Source: Waterburya sp.
GTDB taxonomy: Bacteria; Cyanobacteriota; Cyanobacteriia; Cyanobacteriales; Xenococcaceae
Length of the DNA stretch: 64,000 bases
Direction of reading: 5' to 3'
Assembly: GCA_965217895.1 (NCBI GenBank)
Contig: CBDCJV010000002.1
Span: forward strand, 5,088,001 to 5,152,000
Shown here: positions 22,099 to 32,622 of the stretch, in pieces
Layout: each line of letters starts with the position of its first letter
How positions within the stretch are numbered: the first letter of the stretch is position 1
The notes under the pieces: generated by a model
What the model was told of the DNA's origin: nothing
Databases searched by the model: none
What the model saw: only the letters and a program-made list of their open reading frames with translations
Position numbers and translations under genes: made by a program

Positions 22099-22697
22099 AC
22101 TGTTTTTTCTTGTTTATGCCGATTTGCTTTTACTTCATATAAATTATGTTGAATAATATAATCATTAACGGCAGGAATAATTAAGTTTTGATCCTTTTGC
22201 AGACGATAAGTGCTAGAAGCTACTTTTGGGGCATTTAAACTAGCGATCGCAACTCTTGCGCCAACTCCTTTTAATGTTTCTAAATCTTGTTCTTGAATAT
22301 CATATTCTACACGAGGAATAATTAAAACTTTTACTTCTTTTAATAAATCTTCGATACGATACCAGCTACTTATCTGCTGTAAGATATCTGAACCAATTAT
22401 TAAACTAAACTCCGCTTTTTGTCCCCATTTTTTCCTAGCTTTTTTGACCGTAATTAAAGTACGGCGATCGCTCAATTCGGGATGCAGGCTAATATTATTA
22501 TCAGCTAGACTAATATCTTTAATTGCCGTATGCAGCATCTGTGTACGATCTTTTAAAGAAGTTTGATGCTGTTTAAAAGGATTATCTGATGCCCAAACCA
22601 CGACAAGATCAAAGTGTTGGGACAACCAAAATAAAATAGTTTGATGTCCTATAGTTGGTGGATCTGCACTTGTACCAAAAAGAGCAATTTTTTTCAT
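22095..22697 (-). CDS. nadD: Nicotinate-nucleotide adenylyltransferase
   Basis: IALFGTSADPPTIGH, IIGSD, WY and SST motifs. Confidence 0.92.
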   Translation of the reverse strand: MKKIALFGTSADPPTIGHQTILFWLSQHFDLVVVWASDNPFKQHQTSLKDRTQMLHTAIKDISLADNNISLHPELSDRRTLITVKKARKKWGQKAEFSLIIGSDILQQISSWYRIEDLLKEVKVLIIPRVEYDIQEQDLETLKGVGARVAIASLNAPKVASSTYRLQKDQNLIIPAVNDYIIQHNLYEVKANRHKQEKTV

Positions 22698-23058
22698 TAG
22701 TTAATGATCGAGTTACTAAATATAGCTTCAAACTTATTATCTATTGGTGACAAGTTGAGGCTATGTGTTGTTGGTCAAACTGTTTTTAGCTATTAGCTGT
22801 CAGCTTTTTAGACATTTTTAAGCTAACTTTTTTTTCTAAGGCGGTCGCTAATTAATTTTACCTATCTTATCTGAGTTCTGAGTTCGAGATAAGAAAAGGA
22901 GGGAGTAGTAAGCTGAAAATGTATAGTCATTCCAATTAATTTCCTCATGATTGGCTGGTCAGAGGTCAGAAGAATTTGAGGTACTTACAAAATTTTTCCT
23001 TTTTCGTATGGTTTCTATTTGCAAGTCAGCACCTACAGTAAAAACCCAGCCACTACAG

Positions 23059-23919
23059 CTAGAAAACTTTAAGATTAATTTGAGCCTGAAGATTGGAGCT
23101 AATCTTAACTCCATGCTGTACAGGAGTTACAGAACCTTCTACTGCTGCTGCATAGCTCGGTAAAGCACTAGCCGCCAAGGGAATATGGCGATCGCTAATT
23201 ACTAAGCCCAATGTAGGATCGTAACCTCGCCAGCCAGCCCCAGGTAAATACACTTCTACCCAAGCATGAAGATCTCTCGACTGTTGTTCAAGCTCGCCTT
23301 CTTGATAGCCACTAACGAATCTAGCAGCAATGCCTATAGTCCGACACACTTCCATAAATAAAACCGCATAATCGCGACAAGAGCCTTTCTTATTACGCCA
23401 GGTTATTCCTGCAGGATAAGGTTCTCCTGTGTCTCTAACAAAATATTCGCAGTCATTATATATACGCTGATTTAAAGTAAACAAAAAATCTAGAGTATTG
23501 CCTTGAGTAGCCATAACCAACTCTTGAGCTAATTCTAAAGCCGAATTATCAACAACAAAGCTATAGGAATGCAGATATGGCTTTAATTGCTTTAATAAAA
23601 AATTAGGATAGTCAAAAGGTAGAGTAGTCGCCCAAGGCTCAAGCATATAGGCAAAAGGATTGGTACAGCTAGTTTCTACTTTGGCTGTTGTCTGGATACT
23701 CAACTGTTGCGTTGAGTGATCGAACCATAGCTTTGTTAGATTATTGCCATCTAAATCGATAAAATCTGAGCTTCCCTGGCAGAAAGGTAATACCGATAAA
23801 GAAAAATTATGAAGTTGAGTAAAGCGATCGCTACGGGGACGCAACCTAAGCAGATGAGGTTTGAGAAAAACTGGTTGACTGTAACTGTAAGTTGTTTGAT
23901 GATTTATTTGATAGAGCAT
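23059..23919 (-). CDS. Transglutaminase-family protein with bacterial N-terminal domain
   Basis: GSCRDYA, ARFVSGY, HAWVEVY, GYDPT (Cys-His-Asp triad); start could be 23928. Confidence 0.92.
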   Translation of the reverse strand: MLYQINHQTTYSYSQPVFLKPHLLRLRPRSDRFTQLHNFSLSVLPFCQGSSDFIDLDGNNLTKLWFDHSTQQLSIQTTAKVETSCTNPFAYMLEPWATTLPFDYPNFLLKQLKPYLHSYSFVVDNSALELAQELVMATQGNTLDFLFTLNQRIYNDCEYFVRDTGEPYPAGITWRNKKGSCRDYAVLFMEVCRTIGIAARFVSGYQEGELEQQSRDLHAWVEVYLPGAGWRGYDPTLGLVISDRHIPLAASALPSYAAAVEGSVTPVQHGVKISSNLQAQINLKVF

Positions 23920-24868
23920 CTGACACATTGCCTAGAGCGAAAAAAGCAGTATGAATTTCGTTGCCTACCTGGTTGAGAGAACTTTGCATTTGTTCTAAAA
24001 ACTCATGTAAACCAGATTGAATAATATCTTCGATGGTTATATAGCCCAATTGAGAACATAATCTGCCTAAAGCTCTCTCTGCACCGTTACACCAATTACC
24101 AGTTGGAGTTTGCGTAATTTCATGGAGACATTGCTTTGTTTGCCAGAGACAAAAATGAATCGAGCGCGGAAATGTTCTATCCAAAACTAAAAACTCAGCT
24201 ACACTACTAGGAGTAATATAGTGCTGACACTTACGATACATTTCATAGGCACTAGCAGACTTTAATAAAGCCATCCATTGAATTCGATCTAAAGGAGTGC
24301 CTACCCATTCTGCTGAGGGCAATAGCAGAAAATATTTAACATCTAGAATACGAGTAGTTTTGTCGGCTCGTTCTAGCAGTCTACCCATTTGCCCAAAGTG
24401 CCATCCCTCATTATGAGACATAGTTGCATCCATAACTCCTGCAAAACGATGACTAGCCATTTTGATCTGGCTAAAAAACTTGGGTAAAGTGCTAAAAGAA
24501 GAAGCTGTAGCAGCCTCTTGAATCATCAGATAAAAGGAATTAACTTCTTCCCACATCTCCGAAGAAATTACCTCACGGATGGAGCGAGCATTTTCTCGTG
24601 CTTTTCTCAAACAAGAGATAATTGAGTTTTCATATTCTCGATCAAAAGCCAAAAATTGAATGACATTCTGGCTATTTATCTCGTCATAACGACTGTTGAA
24701 TAGTTCTATATCTCCTGTAACTGAAATCAGAGGTTTCCACTGGGGAGAGACTCCTGCGGGTAAATCTAACATCAAATTGAGATTGACATCGATAAAACGA
24801 GCTACGTTTTCTGCTCGTTCGATATAGCGATTTAACCAGTAAATTGAATCTGCAACGCGACTTAACAT
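23846..24868 (-). CDS. Alpha-E domain protein
   Basis: MLSRVADSIYWLNRYIERAEN, ARENAR, GRLLERAD and FPRSI motifs. Confidence 0.93.
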   Translation of the reverse strand: MLSRVADSIYWLNRYIERAENVARFIDVNLNLMLDLPAGVSPQWKPLISVTGDIELFNSRYDEINSQNVIQFLAFDREYENSIISCLRKARENARSIREVISSEMWEEVNSFYLMIQEAATASSFSTLPKFFSQIKMASHRFAGVMDATMSHNEGWHFGQMGRLLERADKTTRILDVKYFLLLPSAEWVGTPLDRIQWMALLKSASAYEMYRKCQHYITPSSVAEFLVLDRTFPRSIHFCLWQTKQCLHEITQTPTGNWCNGAERALGRLCSQLGYITIEDIIQSGLHEFLEQMQSSLNQVGNEIHTAFFALGNVSDALSNKSSNNLQLQSTSFSQTSSA

Positions 24869-24932
24869 GAAAAATAAATTTTTTTATCTTTTGAAAGATC
24901 ATTATTATGAATAAATATCAAGGAAAACTTCA

Positions 24933-25211
24933 TTAGTTTTCAATTTCCACCAGTCTACATTCATGGTTTTTAACAAAATCAGAAGTTAGCTCGATTGAGT
25001 CGTAGGTCGAAACTGCCCTAAGATCGAGAGAATGCCTTCTATCCATAAGCATTTCTCCTGCAATATTAACTGTTTGATGTTCTTTGTTATCAATTAGCAA
25101 CTGCATTTTGTTGTCTTTAAATAGTTTTTTTTGCCCTGTTATCGAACCTGCAAAAACAGTTTCTCCCGTTTGAAAGTGAAATATATCAAAAATCTTTATT
25201 TCAACGCTCAC
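24933..25211 (-). CDS. Hypothetical protein (92 aa, beta-rich), candidate immunity protein
   Basis: GTG start overlaps the TAG of the upstream ORF by 1 nt. Confidence 0.65.
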   Translation of the reverse strand: MSVEIKIFDIFHFQTGETVFAGSITGQKKLFKDNKMQLLIDNKEHQTVNIAGEMLMDRRHSLDLRAVSTYDSIELTSDFVKNHECRLVEIEN

Positions 25212-25600
25212 TATTGCAATCCTTTGATATAGCTATTTTTCATAATTATAAGTGCTTTAATATCGTTGTTAGACAAACCTAGTATTTTTTGGTGTCTGAT
25301 CATAAATTCTTTGACATGAATTTCCGATTTGTAATTACCAAGCTTGTTAATGATACCTAGCTTATATTGTGTTCCATGGAGAAACTCTTCCAAAATTTCA
25401 ATTTTGAGAACATCAGGTCTAACAATAATATGATTAATGTTATTTGTATTAACACTAGCATTCGCGCCAAAAAAATCCAAAAGTTTGGCTTCATCAGACT
25501 CTGGTAGCGCAAAAACTATGATTTTCCCTTTTGCTTCTATCGATTGAAGCAGCTCTTTAGAAGCAACAGTATCGCCACGAGTCAAATCTGGCTGAAACAT
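25211..25600 (-). CDS. Hypothetical protein (129 aa) with EExxHxxQ zincin-like motif, candidate toxin domain
   Basis: ILEEFLHGTQ and a downstream E (SEIHVK). Confidence 0.65.
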   Translation of the reverse strand: MFQPDLTRGDTVASKELLQSIEAKGKIIVFALPESDEAKLLDFFGANASVNTNNINHIIVRPDVLKIEILEEFLHGTQYKLGIINKLGNYKSEIHVKEFMIRHQKILGLSNNDIKALIIMKNSYIKGLQ

Positions 25601-25622
25601 TTAAATATCGCCTTGACTCAAT

Positions 25623-27062
25623 TTACCTCCCATTTAACACCCAGGTATCTTTGCTTCCTCCACCTTGGGAAGAGTTAACGACCAACGAGCCTTTTTTGAG
25701 GGCAACGCGGGTAAGTCCTCCAGGATGGACATAGATTTCCTCACCACGATGGAGAATATAGGGGCGTAAATCTACGTGCCTGCCTTCAACTTTGCCATCA
25801 ATTAGAGTTGGTACACGAGATAGGCTAAGGGTTGGTTGAGCAATATAGTTGCGGGGTTGAGCAATAATCTTTTGAGCAAATTCGGCTCTTTCTGCTTCCG
25901 TAGACATAGTGCCAATCAGCATTCCATAGCCACCAGCTTCATTAGCAGACTTAACTACTAGCTTATCTAAATTTTCTAAGACATAATTGCGATCGCTTTC
26001 TCGCCAACAAAGATACGTCGGTACATTAGCTAGTATTGGTTCTTCTCCTAAGTAATAACGGATCATCTCAGGAACATAGGCATAGACTACCTTATCATCC
26101 GCCACTCCTGTTCCAGGTGCGTTAGCCAAGGCGACTCGTCCCTGCTGATAGACTTGCATCAGTCCTGGTACTCCTAACATAGAATCAGGATTAAAAGCCC
26201 AAGGATCTAAAAAGTTGTCATCAATACGACGGTAGATTACATCCACACGGCGTAAACCCTTAGTGGTTTTCATCTGTAGATAGCCATCGGCTACCACTAA
26301 ATCTCTTCCTTCTACCAGTTCAATTCCCATCTGTTGTGCCAAAAAGGAATGTTCGTAATAGGCAGAGTTATAAATGCCAGGAGTTAGTACCACCACAGTT
26401 GGATCTGGTAACTGAGGCGGTGCAAGATTAAGCAGAGTTTCTAATAGCTGGCTAGGGTAGTCGTCCACAGGCTTGACCGTCATATCCTGAAAGATTTCGG
26501 GAAAGGTGCTTTTCATTACCCGTCTGTTTTCAAGGACATAGGAAACTCCAGAAGGCGATCGCAAATTGTCTTCTAAGACATACCACTCACCATCTTTGTC
26601 TCTAACTAGGTCTGTTCCTGTAATATGACACCAAACTCCTGCGGGGGCTTTTACGCCCAAACATGGTTTCAAAAAGCCTGAAGCGGTATAAATTATTTCA
26701 GCAGGAATTTTACCATCTTTAATTATTTTTTGCTCGCCATAAATATCATTAAGAAATAAATTTAAAGCCTGGATTCTTTGCTTTAATCCCTGTTCTAAAG
26801 TTTCCCATTCTTGAGCGTCAATAATGCGGGGAATAATATCAAAGGGAAATATTTTTTCTACCCCTTGAGTATCGTTATAGACATTGAAAGTAACTCCCAG
26901 TTTGAACAAGGCTATTTCTGCTGTTTGCCTCTGTTGCTCTAGCTGCTCAATTCCTAGCTCGCTCATGCGTTTAATTAAGGAAGCAGAATGCGATCGCGGT
27001 TTGCCCTGAGCTAAGAAAAGTTCATCATAAAAGTTTTCTGGGTCGTATGCTTCAAATGCCAT
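25623..27062 (-). CDS. Circularly permuted type 2 ATP-grasp protein
   Basis: [50 protein letters not shown]. Confidence 0.95.
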   Translation of the reverse strand: MAFEAYDPENFYDELFLAQGKPRSHSASLIKRMSELGIEQLEQQRQTAEIALFKLGVTFNVYNDTQGVEKIFPFDIIPRIIDAQEWETLEQGLKQRIQALNLFLNDIYGEQKIIKDGKIPAEIIYTASGFLKPCLGVKAPAGVWCHITGTDLVRDKDGEWYVLEDNLRSPSGVSYVLENRRVMKSTFPEIFQDMTVKPVDDYPSQLLETLLNLAPPQLPDPTVVVLTPGIYNSAYYEHSFLAQQMGIELVEGRDLVVADGYLQMKTTKGLRRVDVIYRRIDDNFLDPWAFNPDSMLGVPGLMQVYQQGRVALANAPGTGVADDKVVYAYVPEMIRYYLGEEPILANVPTYLCWRESDRNYVLENLDKLVVKSANEAGGYGMLIGTMSTEAERAEFAQKIIAQPRNYIAQPTLSLSRVPTLIDGKVEGRHVDLRPYILHRGEEIYVHPGGLTRVALKKGSLVVNSSQGGGSKDTWVLNGR

Positions 27063-27190
27063 ATATCTTTCTTAATTAGTCTTGAAGCTAAATTATTTAG
27101 CCAGCCAATCTTAACCAAAATATAGCTGTTTGTAACTTAAAAATGTTCAATTTGAACTTTGTAATGTTGCTTAATAATGATAATTAACAA

Positions 27191-27955
27191 CTAATCAATA
27201 TAAATATCTTCTTCAGAATCAGTATCGACTTCCCACTCAATATCAGGCATAGCTTCAAAAGCTTGCTTAACAGATGTTTCCCACAGGTTACGAATTTTGG
27301 CGATATAGGGCGCACCCAGGCGTAATTCTAAAGTATTTTGCAGGTCAAAGCTATCAGTTTTGTACATAATCAAGTTAATCGGTGGTCCTACAGAAATATT
27401 TGACTTCATGGTTGAATCAATCGATAACAAGGCGCATTTTGCAGCATCTTCAAGAGCGGTATCGTAGGTTATCGTACGGTCTATAATCGGCTTGCCATAC
27501 TTTGTTTCGCCAATTTGCAAAAAAGGAGTTTCTTTGGTTGCCTGAATAAAATTACCTTGGGAATAAATCAAATATAATTGAGGAACTTCTCCTTTGATTT
27601 GTCCTCCCAGTAAAAAATTACAGCTACAGCTAATATTGTCTTTTTCTAGCCAAGGACGGTCTAATTCTTGAATTTCTCTGCTTTTACCACCAATGTAGGC
27701 AGCAATATCATACATAGTTGGCAAGGTGTGAAGATTATTTTCTGCTTGATTTTCAATATCTCGATTTAACCTGGTGATCACTCCCTGGGTTACTGAAAGG
27801 CTTCCAGAAGCACAGATAACAACTACTCTTTCTCCTGGTAAAGACAAATCGAATAGCTTTTTATAACTAGAAATATGATCGACTCCTGCATTAGTACGAG
27901 AGTCGCCAGCCATTACTATGCCAAATTGATTGATGATTCCCAGACAATAGGTCAT
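27191..27955 (-). CDS. anbu: Proteasome-type NTN protease (Anbu)
   Basis: MTYC N-terminal Thr nucleophile, DSRTNAGVD, QIGETKYGKPI, STMKSNISVG. Confidence 0.93.
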   Translation of the reverse strand: MTYCLGIINQFGIVMAGDSRTNAGVDHISSYKKLFDLSLPGERVVVICASGSLSVTQGVITRLNRDIENQAENNLHTLPTMYDIAAYIGGKSREIQELDRPWLEKDNISCSCNFLLGGQIKGEVPQLYLIYSQGNFIQATKETPFLQIGETKYGKPIIDRTITYDTALEDAAKCALLSIDSTMKSNISVGPPINLIMYKTDSFDLQNTLELRLGAPYIAKIRNLWETSVKQAFEAMPDIEWEVDTDSEEDIYID

Positions 27956-27982
27956 TGGTTGATTACTAGTTACTAATCTTCC

Positions 27983-29257
27983 TTAGTGTTTATCGCTTAT
28001 TGATTCTAAGTAATTAGCGATCGCTTTGGCAATCTCCTTTTTTCCCACTGCTTTTTGGGGTGGTTGGTTTTTTGTTACTAGATAAGCCACCTGCGCGCCT
28101 GTAGCTTGATGTTCTTCCCCACGGTTGGCTACTACCATCTGATAACCTTGTTGCAATCTAGTTTCGGCGATAGTGATTAATTCTGCATGGGAGATGTTTT
28201 CTTGATACTTAAAAGTGATCATGCCCAAGCTAGGATATTTGGCTTTTACTTCTTTAATTACCTTTTGAGTAGCTACTAAGTCAATTTTAGATAATGCCCC
28301 ACCGCTAGGGATTTTGCCTGAGTATACTTGAGCAGGTTTGTAGTCAGCAACCGCAGCCGAGAAGATTCCATAACGATAATTCTTTTGTAATTCCGTCATT
28401 ACCTCTGACAGATATTCATCGTAGCTATTAACTATTTGATGGGGGAGATAGCTGGGAGGAGTATAGCTGCCTTGTCCATGAATTAGTTTTACTTTTGCGC
28501 CTCGAAGATACAATTCTTCAGCGATGCAAGTGCCTAACCTGCCTGTAAAGCGATTAGTGAGACGACGTATATTATCTACAGGTACAGGGGTAGGTCCTCC
28601 TGTGACTAAAATAGGGATATCCTTGAGAGATGATAAACTAACTGCGCGACATACAGCCAAGGCGATCGCTTTTTCTTCGGGCAGATTGTTTTTACCATTA
28701 GCAATTTTGGGCGGGATAATCTTGACTCCCATTTGATTTAGCTGCTGTAGAGATTGAGTCAAAATAGAGTTGTGCAAACTACCGTGCATTGTCGGCGCAA
28801 TCAAAATTTGAGCTTTACCTTTTTCCATTCTGCCAATAGCTGAAGCCAAAGTAGAAGCAATGACACCATCAGCAATGCCTAACGCCATTTTATTGATGGT
28901 ATTATAGGTTGCAGGGGCGACTAAATAGGCCGCAAAAGGATTCTCATCGCTGAGGTGTTCGGCATTCGCGGTTAACTTGGTAACCACAGCATTAGTAGTA
29001 CTCCATTCCAAAGCATCAATAGTGGTGTATCTCAATGCTTCATTCGAGGCAAAAGCTACGACATCAGCCCCCTGACGGCGAAGAGTACGAGCAATTAAGG
29101 GAGCTTTCAGGGCTGCAATGCTACCTGTAACCAACAGGGCAATACGTTTATTTTGCAGATGATTTGATTCTAAAGTAACTTGGCGATCCGTAGGGGACGC
29201 GGTCGCGTAATCGCCCAATTCTGATTCTGGTGGCGGTTGAAAATCCCAATCGCTCAT
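27983..29257 (-). CDS. coaBC: Phosphopantothenoylcysteine decarboxylase/ligase CoaBC-like protein
   Basis: TGSIAA, VAPATYN, APTM, LVTGGPT, TNRFTG and AAVADY motifs. Confidence 0.85.
   Translation of the reverse strand: MSDWDFQPPPESELGDYATASPTDRQVTLESNHLQNKRIALLVTGSIAALKAPLIARTLRRQGADVVAFASNEALRYTTIDALEWSTTNAVVTKLTANAEHLSDENPFAAYLVAPATYNTINKMALGIADGVIASTLASAIGRMEKGKAQILIAPTMHGSLHNSILTQSLQQLNQMGVKIIPPKIANGKNNLPEEKAIALAVCRAVSLSSLKDIPILVTGGPTPVPVDNIRRLTNRFTGRLGTCIAEELYLRGAKVKLIHGQGSYTPPSYLPHQIVNSYDEYLSEVMTELQKNYRYGIFSAAVADYKPAQVYSGKIPSGGALSKIDLVATQKVIKEVKAKYPSLGMITFKYQENISHAELITIAETRLQQGYQMVVANRGEEHQATGAQVAYLVTKNQPPQKAVGKKEIAKAIANYLESISDKH
29183..29214. repeat. Small element inserted into a HIP1 site (in frame)
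   Basis: GCGATC-[CGTAGGGGACGCGGTCGCGTA]-ATCGC: 21-nt core plus duplicated ATC, adding 8 codons. Confidence 0.7.
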
Positions 29258-29284
29258 AATATCAAGATTTGTCTTTTATTCTTC

Positions 29285-29626
29285 TTAGATATTAAGCCTT
29301 CCCGTCGTAAATAACTGATATCCCCCTATAAAGCTAGCTAGGGAAAGAACAAATTGCCAAAGACTAGTTGGTTGTAAAATGGCTTTGCTACTGAAGAACA
29401 CGGCAATAATGCCAATGGCGATCGCAATTCCTGCCCAACTTTTAATACCGCGAGGTAGGATAAAAAACATTAACACTCCTGCGGTGAGAAAGAGAATAGA
29501 CGTATCGGCAGCAACTCCTCTCCACCAGTAAGGAGAAATGTTATTAGTAAAGTAAATATTTTGTCCTAAAAAATAAACTCCTAATAGCAATAAACCCAAT
29601 CCTAGCAACCTAGCAAATAATCTCAT
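29285..29626 (-). CDS. Hypothetical 4-TM membrane protein
   Basis: Four hydrophobic segments, ATG start. Confidence 0.75.
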   Translation of the reverse strand: MRLFARLLGLGLLLLGVYFLGQNIYFTNNISPYWWRGVAADTSILFLTAGVLMFFILPRGIKSWAGIAIAIGIIAVFFSSKAILQPTSLWQFVLSLASFIGGYQLFTTGRLNI

Positions 29627-29974
29627 GTCAATATCAATTATGAAAAAACTCTAATTCTAGGTTGCCCAAATGCTGTTGCTTAAATAAAGAACATAGAAAA
29701 AATTGCTAAATTAATCTTGTCCATAATTAATTAGCGATCGCTTACTTTTTAGGTACAAGGCGATCGCTTTTAAATAGAGCAAAATACAGTGTCTAAAATA
29801 ACAACTGAAGATAATCAGAGTAAAATTTTTCTACAGTTAGTAAACTGACGAATACTAGATTATTAACTCTTAATTAACACACTTACTTTTGATAGTAACT
29901 ATACAGCCATGTTTTTAGAGTTTGGCTTAATTACAAATATCTCTTATAGTGTATATATAAACAAAATAAAGGAT

Positions 29975-30098
29975 GTAGCAGACATACTCGACGAGATATG
30001 ACATCCCGTTACCCTTAATAGGGTCGAGGCTAGTCCGGTAAAGACGTTCTGAATACCAAAAGAAATTTTGGCGAAGGCCCCTTAAGGGGTCTTTGTTA
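29975..30098 (+). ncRNA. Putative intergenic sRNA or structured leader
   Basis: GC-richer island in a 680-bp AT-rich spacer; hairpins ccaaaa/ttttgg and ggcccct/aggggtc followed by T-rich sequence. Confidence 0.3.
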
Positions 30099-30310
30099 TT
30101 TGGGCTTAGGTAGCTCTTTACCTTTCAACAAATTATTAGCGGTAGATTTTTGATTTTGCAACCCCAAAATAAGAAGTACAAATGAATTAATTAGCCGTTA
30201 CTCTCTACAACTTAACAATTGCCAATTTTAGTAACATAAATTAATCTTTTTAGTCTTCGTTCTCAAAAAAATTAGGTTAAATTTAGAGGTGTCTTTTGAG
30301 GGATTGTCCA

Positions 30311-30577
30311 ATGAACTCTACACCGTCTACGCGCAAAAATAATTTAGCTAAATCCGAAGATCCGAATATGATATTTTTCGATCCGACTTTGATTAATGCA
30401 GCTAGAAACATCTATCGCAATTACTATAGCCAAGGCGTGCCAGCCAACAGCCAACCAATGGGAATCGTCATTAATCGAGATAGCCATAGAGGACAACTAG
30501 CATTTAAAAATAAGCCAGTGCTGTTGCCCAGAGAATGTTTTATTCCTATTAGACAAATCGAAGCTGATACTTATTGA
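30311..30577 (+). CDS. Small hypothetical protein
   Basis: ATG ORF; P.GIVI..RGQL..PVLLP.ECF pattern recalled from cyanobacterial hypothetical proteins. Confidence 0.7.
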   Translation: MNSTPSTRKNNLAKSEDPNMIFFDPTLINAARNIYRNYYSQGVPANSQPMGIVINRDSHRGQLAFKNKPVLLPRECFIPIRQIEADTY

Positions 30578-30627
30578 AACTAGTCTTGTTAATTATTTAA
30601 TTATTATTATATTTGTACCGTTAAGCT

Positions 30628-31443
30628 ATGGAAACGCTGGTTACAGTAATCGCATTTAGTATTGCTTTTACTTTTGGTGCCTGTATTGGCAGTTTCCTAA
30701 ATGTAGTTATCTACCGTATTCCTGCGAGGATATCTTTAATACATCCCCCTTCTCGCTGTCCCCGTTGTCTTCATCAATTAGGTGTAACCGAAAATGTTCC
30801 CGTCTTTGGCTGGCTATGGCTTCGGGGGCGTTGTCGGTGGTGTAAAACTAAAATTTCTAGCCGTTATCCAATTGTTGAAGCTACCACGGGATTAATTTTT
30901 GCTTTGGTTTTCTGGCGGTTTGGCTACAGTATTGAAACTGTTGGCTATTGTGCTTTTTTAGCCTGGCTTCTGGCTTTATCTTTGATTGATTTAGACACCA
31001 TGACGTTACCTGCCGCCTTAACCAAGTCGGGTTTAGTTTTGGGGTTAGTATTTCAAGGGATTTTAGGCTGGCATCTGGCACAAGGGCGTGGGGTTGCTAA
31101 TCAACTAATGTTTGGGGTTGGTGGCTCAACTACAGGTATCTGGTTACTCGAAATTATTGCTTTGTTGGGTACAATTATGCTGGGACAACAGGCAATGGGT
31201 GATGGGGACGGAAAGCTAATGGCAACTATTGGGGCTTGGATTGGCTGGAAATATGTTTTAGTCTCTAGCTTTATCGCCTGTGGAGTTGGTTCAATTATTG
31301 GCGGTGGCGCGATCGCTTTAGGCATTATTAGCAAGAAACAACCCATGCCTTTTGGTCCTTTCTTGGCTTTGGGTGGGGCATTAAGTCTCTTTTTTGGCGA
31401 GGCAATTATTAATGCTTACGTTAATACTTTTTTCAACTTTTAG
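30628..31443 (+). CDS. pilD: Prepilin peptidase / N-methyltransferase
   Basis: GSFLNVVIYR, two CxxC pairs, IDLD, MGDGDGKL, PFGPFL. Confidence 0.95.
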   Translation: METLVTVIAFSIAFTFGACIGSFLNVVIYRIPARISLIHPPSRCPRCLHQLGVTENVPVFGWLWLRGRCRWCKTKISSRYPIVEATTGLIFALVFWRFGYSIETVGYCAFLAWLLALSLIDLDTMTLPAALTKSGLVLGLVFQGILGWHLAQGRGVANQLMFGVGGSTTGIWLLEIIALLGTIMLGQQAMGDGDGKLMATIGAWIGWKYVLVSSFIACGVGSIIGGGAIALGIISKKQPMPFGPFLALGGALSLFFGEAIINAYVNTFFNF

Positions 31444-31797
31444 TTGATTGCTATTTGCAGCATATATAATAATTTTGATTTAGATACATATACAGTTGAT
31501 TAATTTAACTAACGTCGTAAAAGTATTTTCTCTGCCGTAATATCTAGTATAGCTTTTAAAGTAAAATATATTCAATCGTTACTATTACCGATACGCGGCA
31601 GAAAATATCAAGATTATAATAGTCGATTAAAGACTAATTGATATTTTAAATTAATAAGTTATTTACAAGATAAATATAAAGTAATTGGGAGATTTTAGTG
31701 TTAGAAAATGCCAGACATTTACAACAGCTTGCCCTGGGAAAAAATATTGATGTTAAACCAATAAGTCAAAAAGTTTCTAATAAGATTGCGCCTTAAC

Positions 31798-32622
31798 AAA
31801 ACCCTTTAGTTGCAGGTTGGGATCCTCTAAAGGCAGCAGTCAAACTAGCTCATGCAAGAGGTATGGAATTGCACGCTTGGGTATGGACTTTTGCTGCGGT
31901 CAATCAACGTCATAATGAAATTCTTAATCTACCTCGCAACTATTTAGATCCTGTTTTAGCCAAACATCCTGATTGGGTAGCTACAGATAACGAAGGTAGT
32001 CGTTTTCACTATAGTTCGGGAAAAGTTTTCTTCGATCCTGCTAATCCCGATGTCCAGCGTTATCTTTTATCTCTATTAACAGAAATTGCTACTAATTACG
32101 AGGTAGACGGTATCCATTTAGACTATATTCGCTATCCGTTCCAAAGTCTTTCAGGTAAAATAACCTATGGCTATGGTAAGGCTGCTAGAGAACAGTTTAA
32201 AAAACAGACAGGCTTCGATCCGATTACCCTAAATCCCAATCATTACTTGTGGTCTGAATGGACGGACTTTCGTATTAAACAGATAGACAATTTTGTAGCT
32301 GCTGCTTCTCAAAATCTTAAGCAGCTACGACCTGAATTGACTCTTTCGACTGCCGTATTTCCCATGCCAGAACCAGAGCGATTGTCAAAAATTCAGCAGC
32401 ACTGGGAAAAATGGGTAAATTAAAGAATGGATTGATATGCTAGTGCCGATGACCTACGCTCAAGATGCCGATCAACTTAATGTTCTTGCTAATCCTCTAC
32501 TCAGTGAATTTGATCGCGGTCAAGCTCTACTTTTACCAGGAATTAGGCTTTTAAACATATCTGAAGTAGCAGCGTTAGATCAAATACAGCTATTGCGAGG
32601 TATGTCTACTGAAGGTTACGCT
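31798..32622 (+). pseudogene. Glycoside hydrolase GHL10-like (DUF187) fragment
   Basis: WDPLKAAVKLAHARGMELHAW and DGIHLDYIRYP motifs; 5'-truncated, frameshift near 32420, 3' end cut by a MITE. Confidence 0.85.

Noticed and set aside
29975..29987. NtcA site GTAGCAGACATAC
   Set aside because: Spacing is GTA-N7-TAC rather than N8
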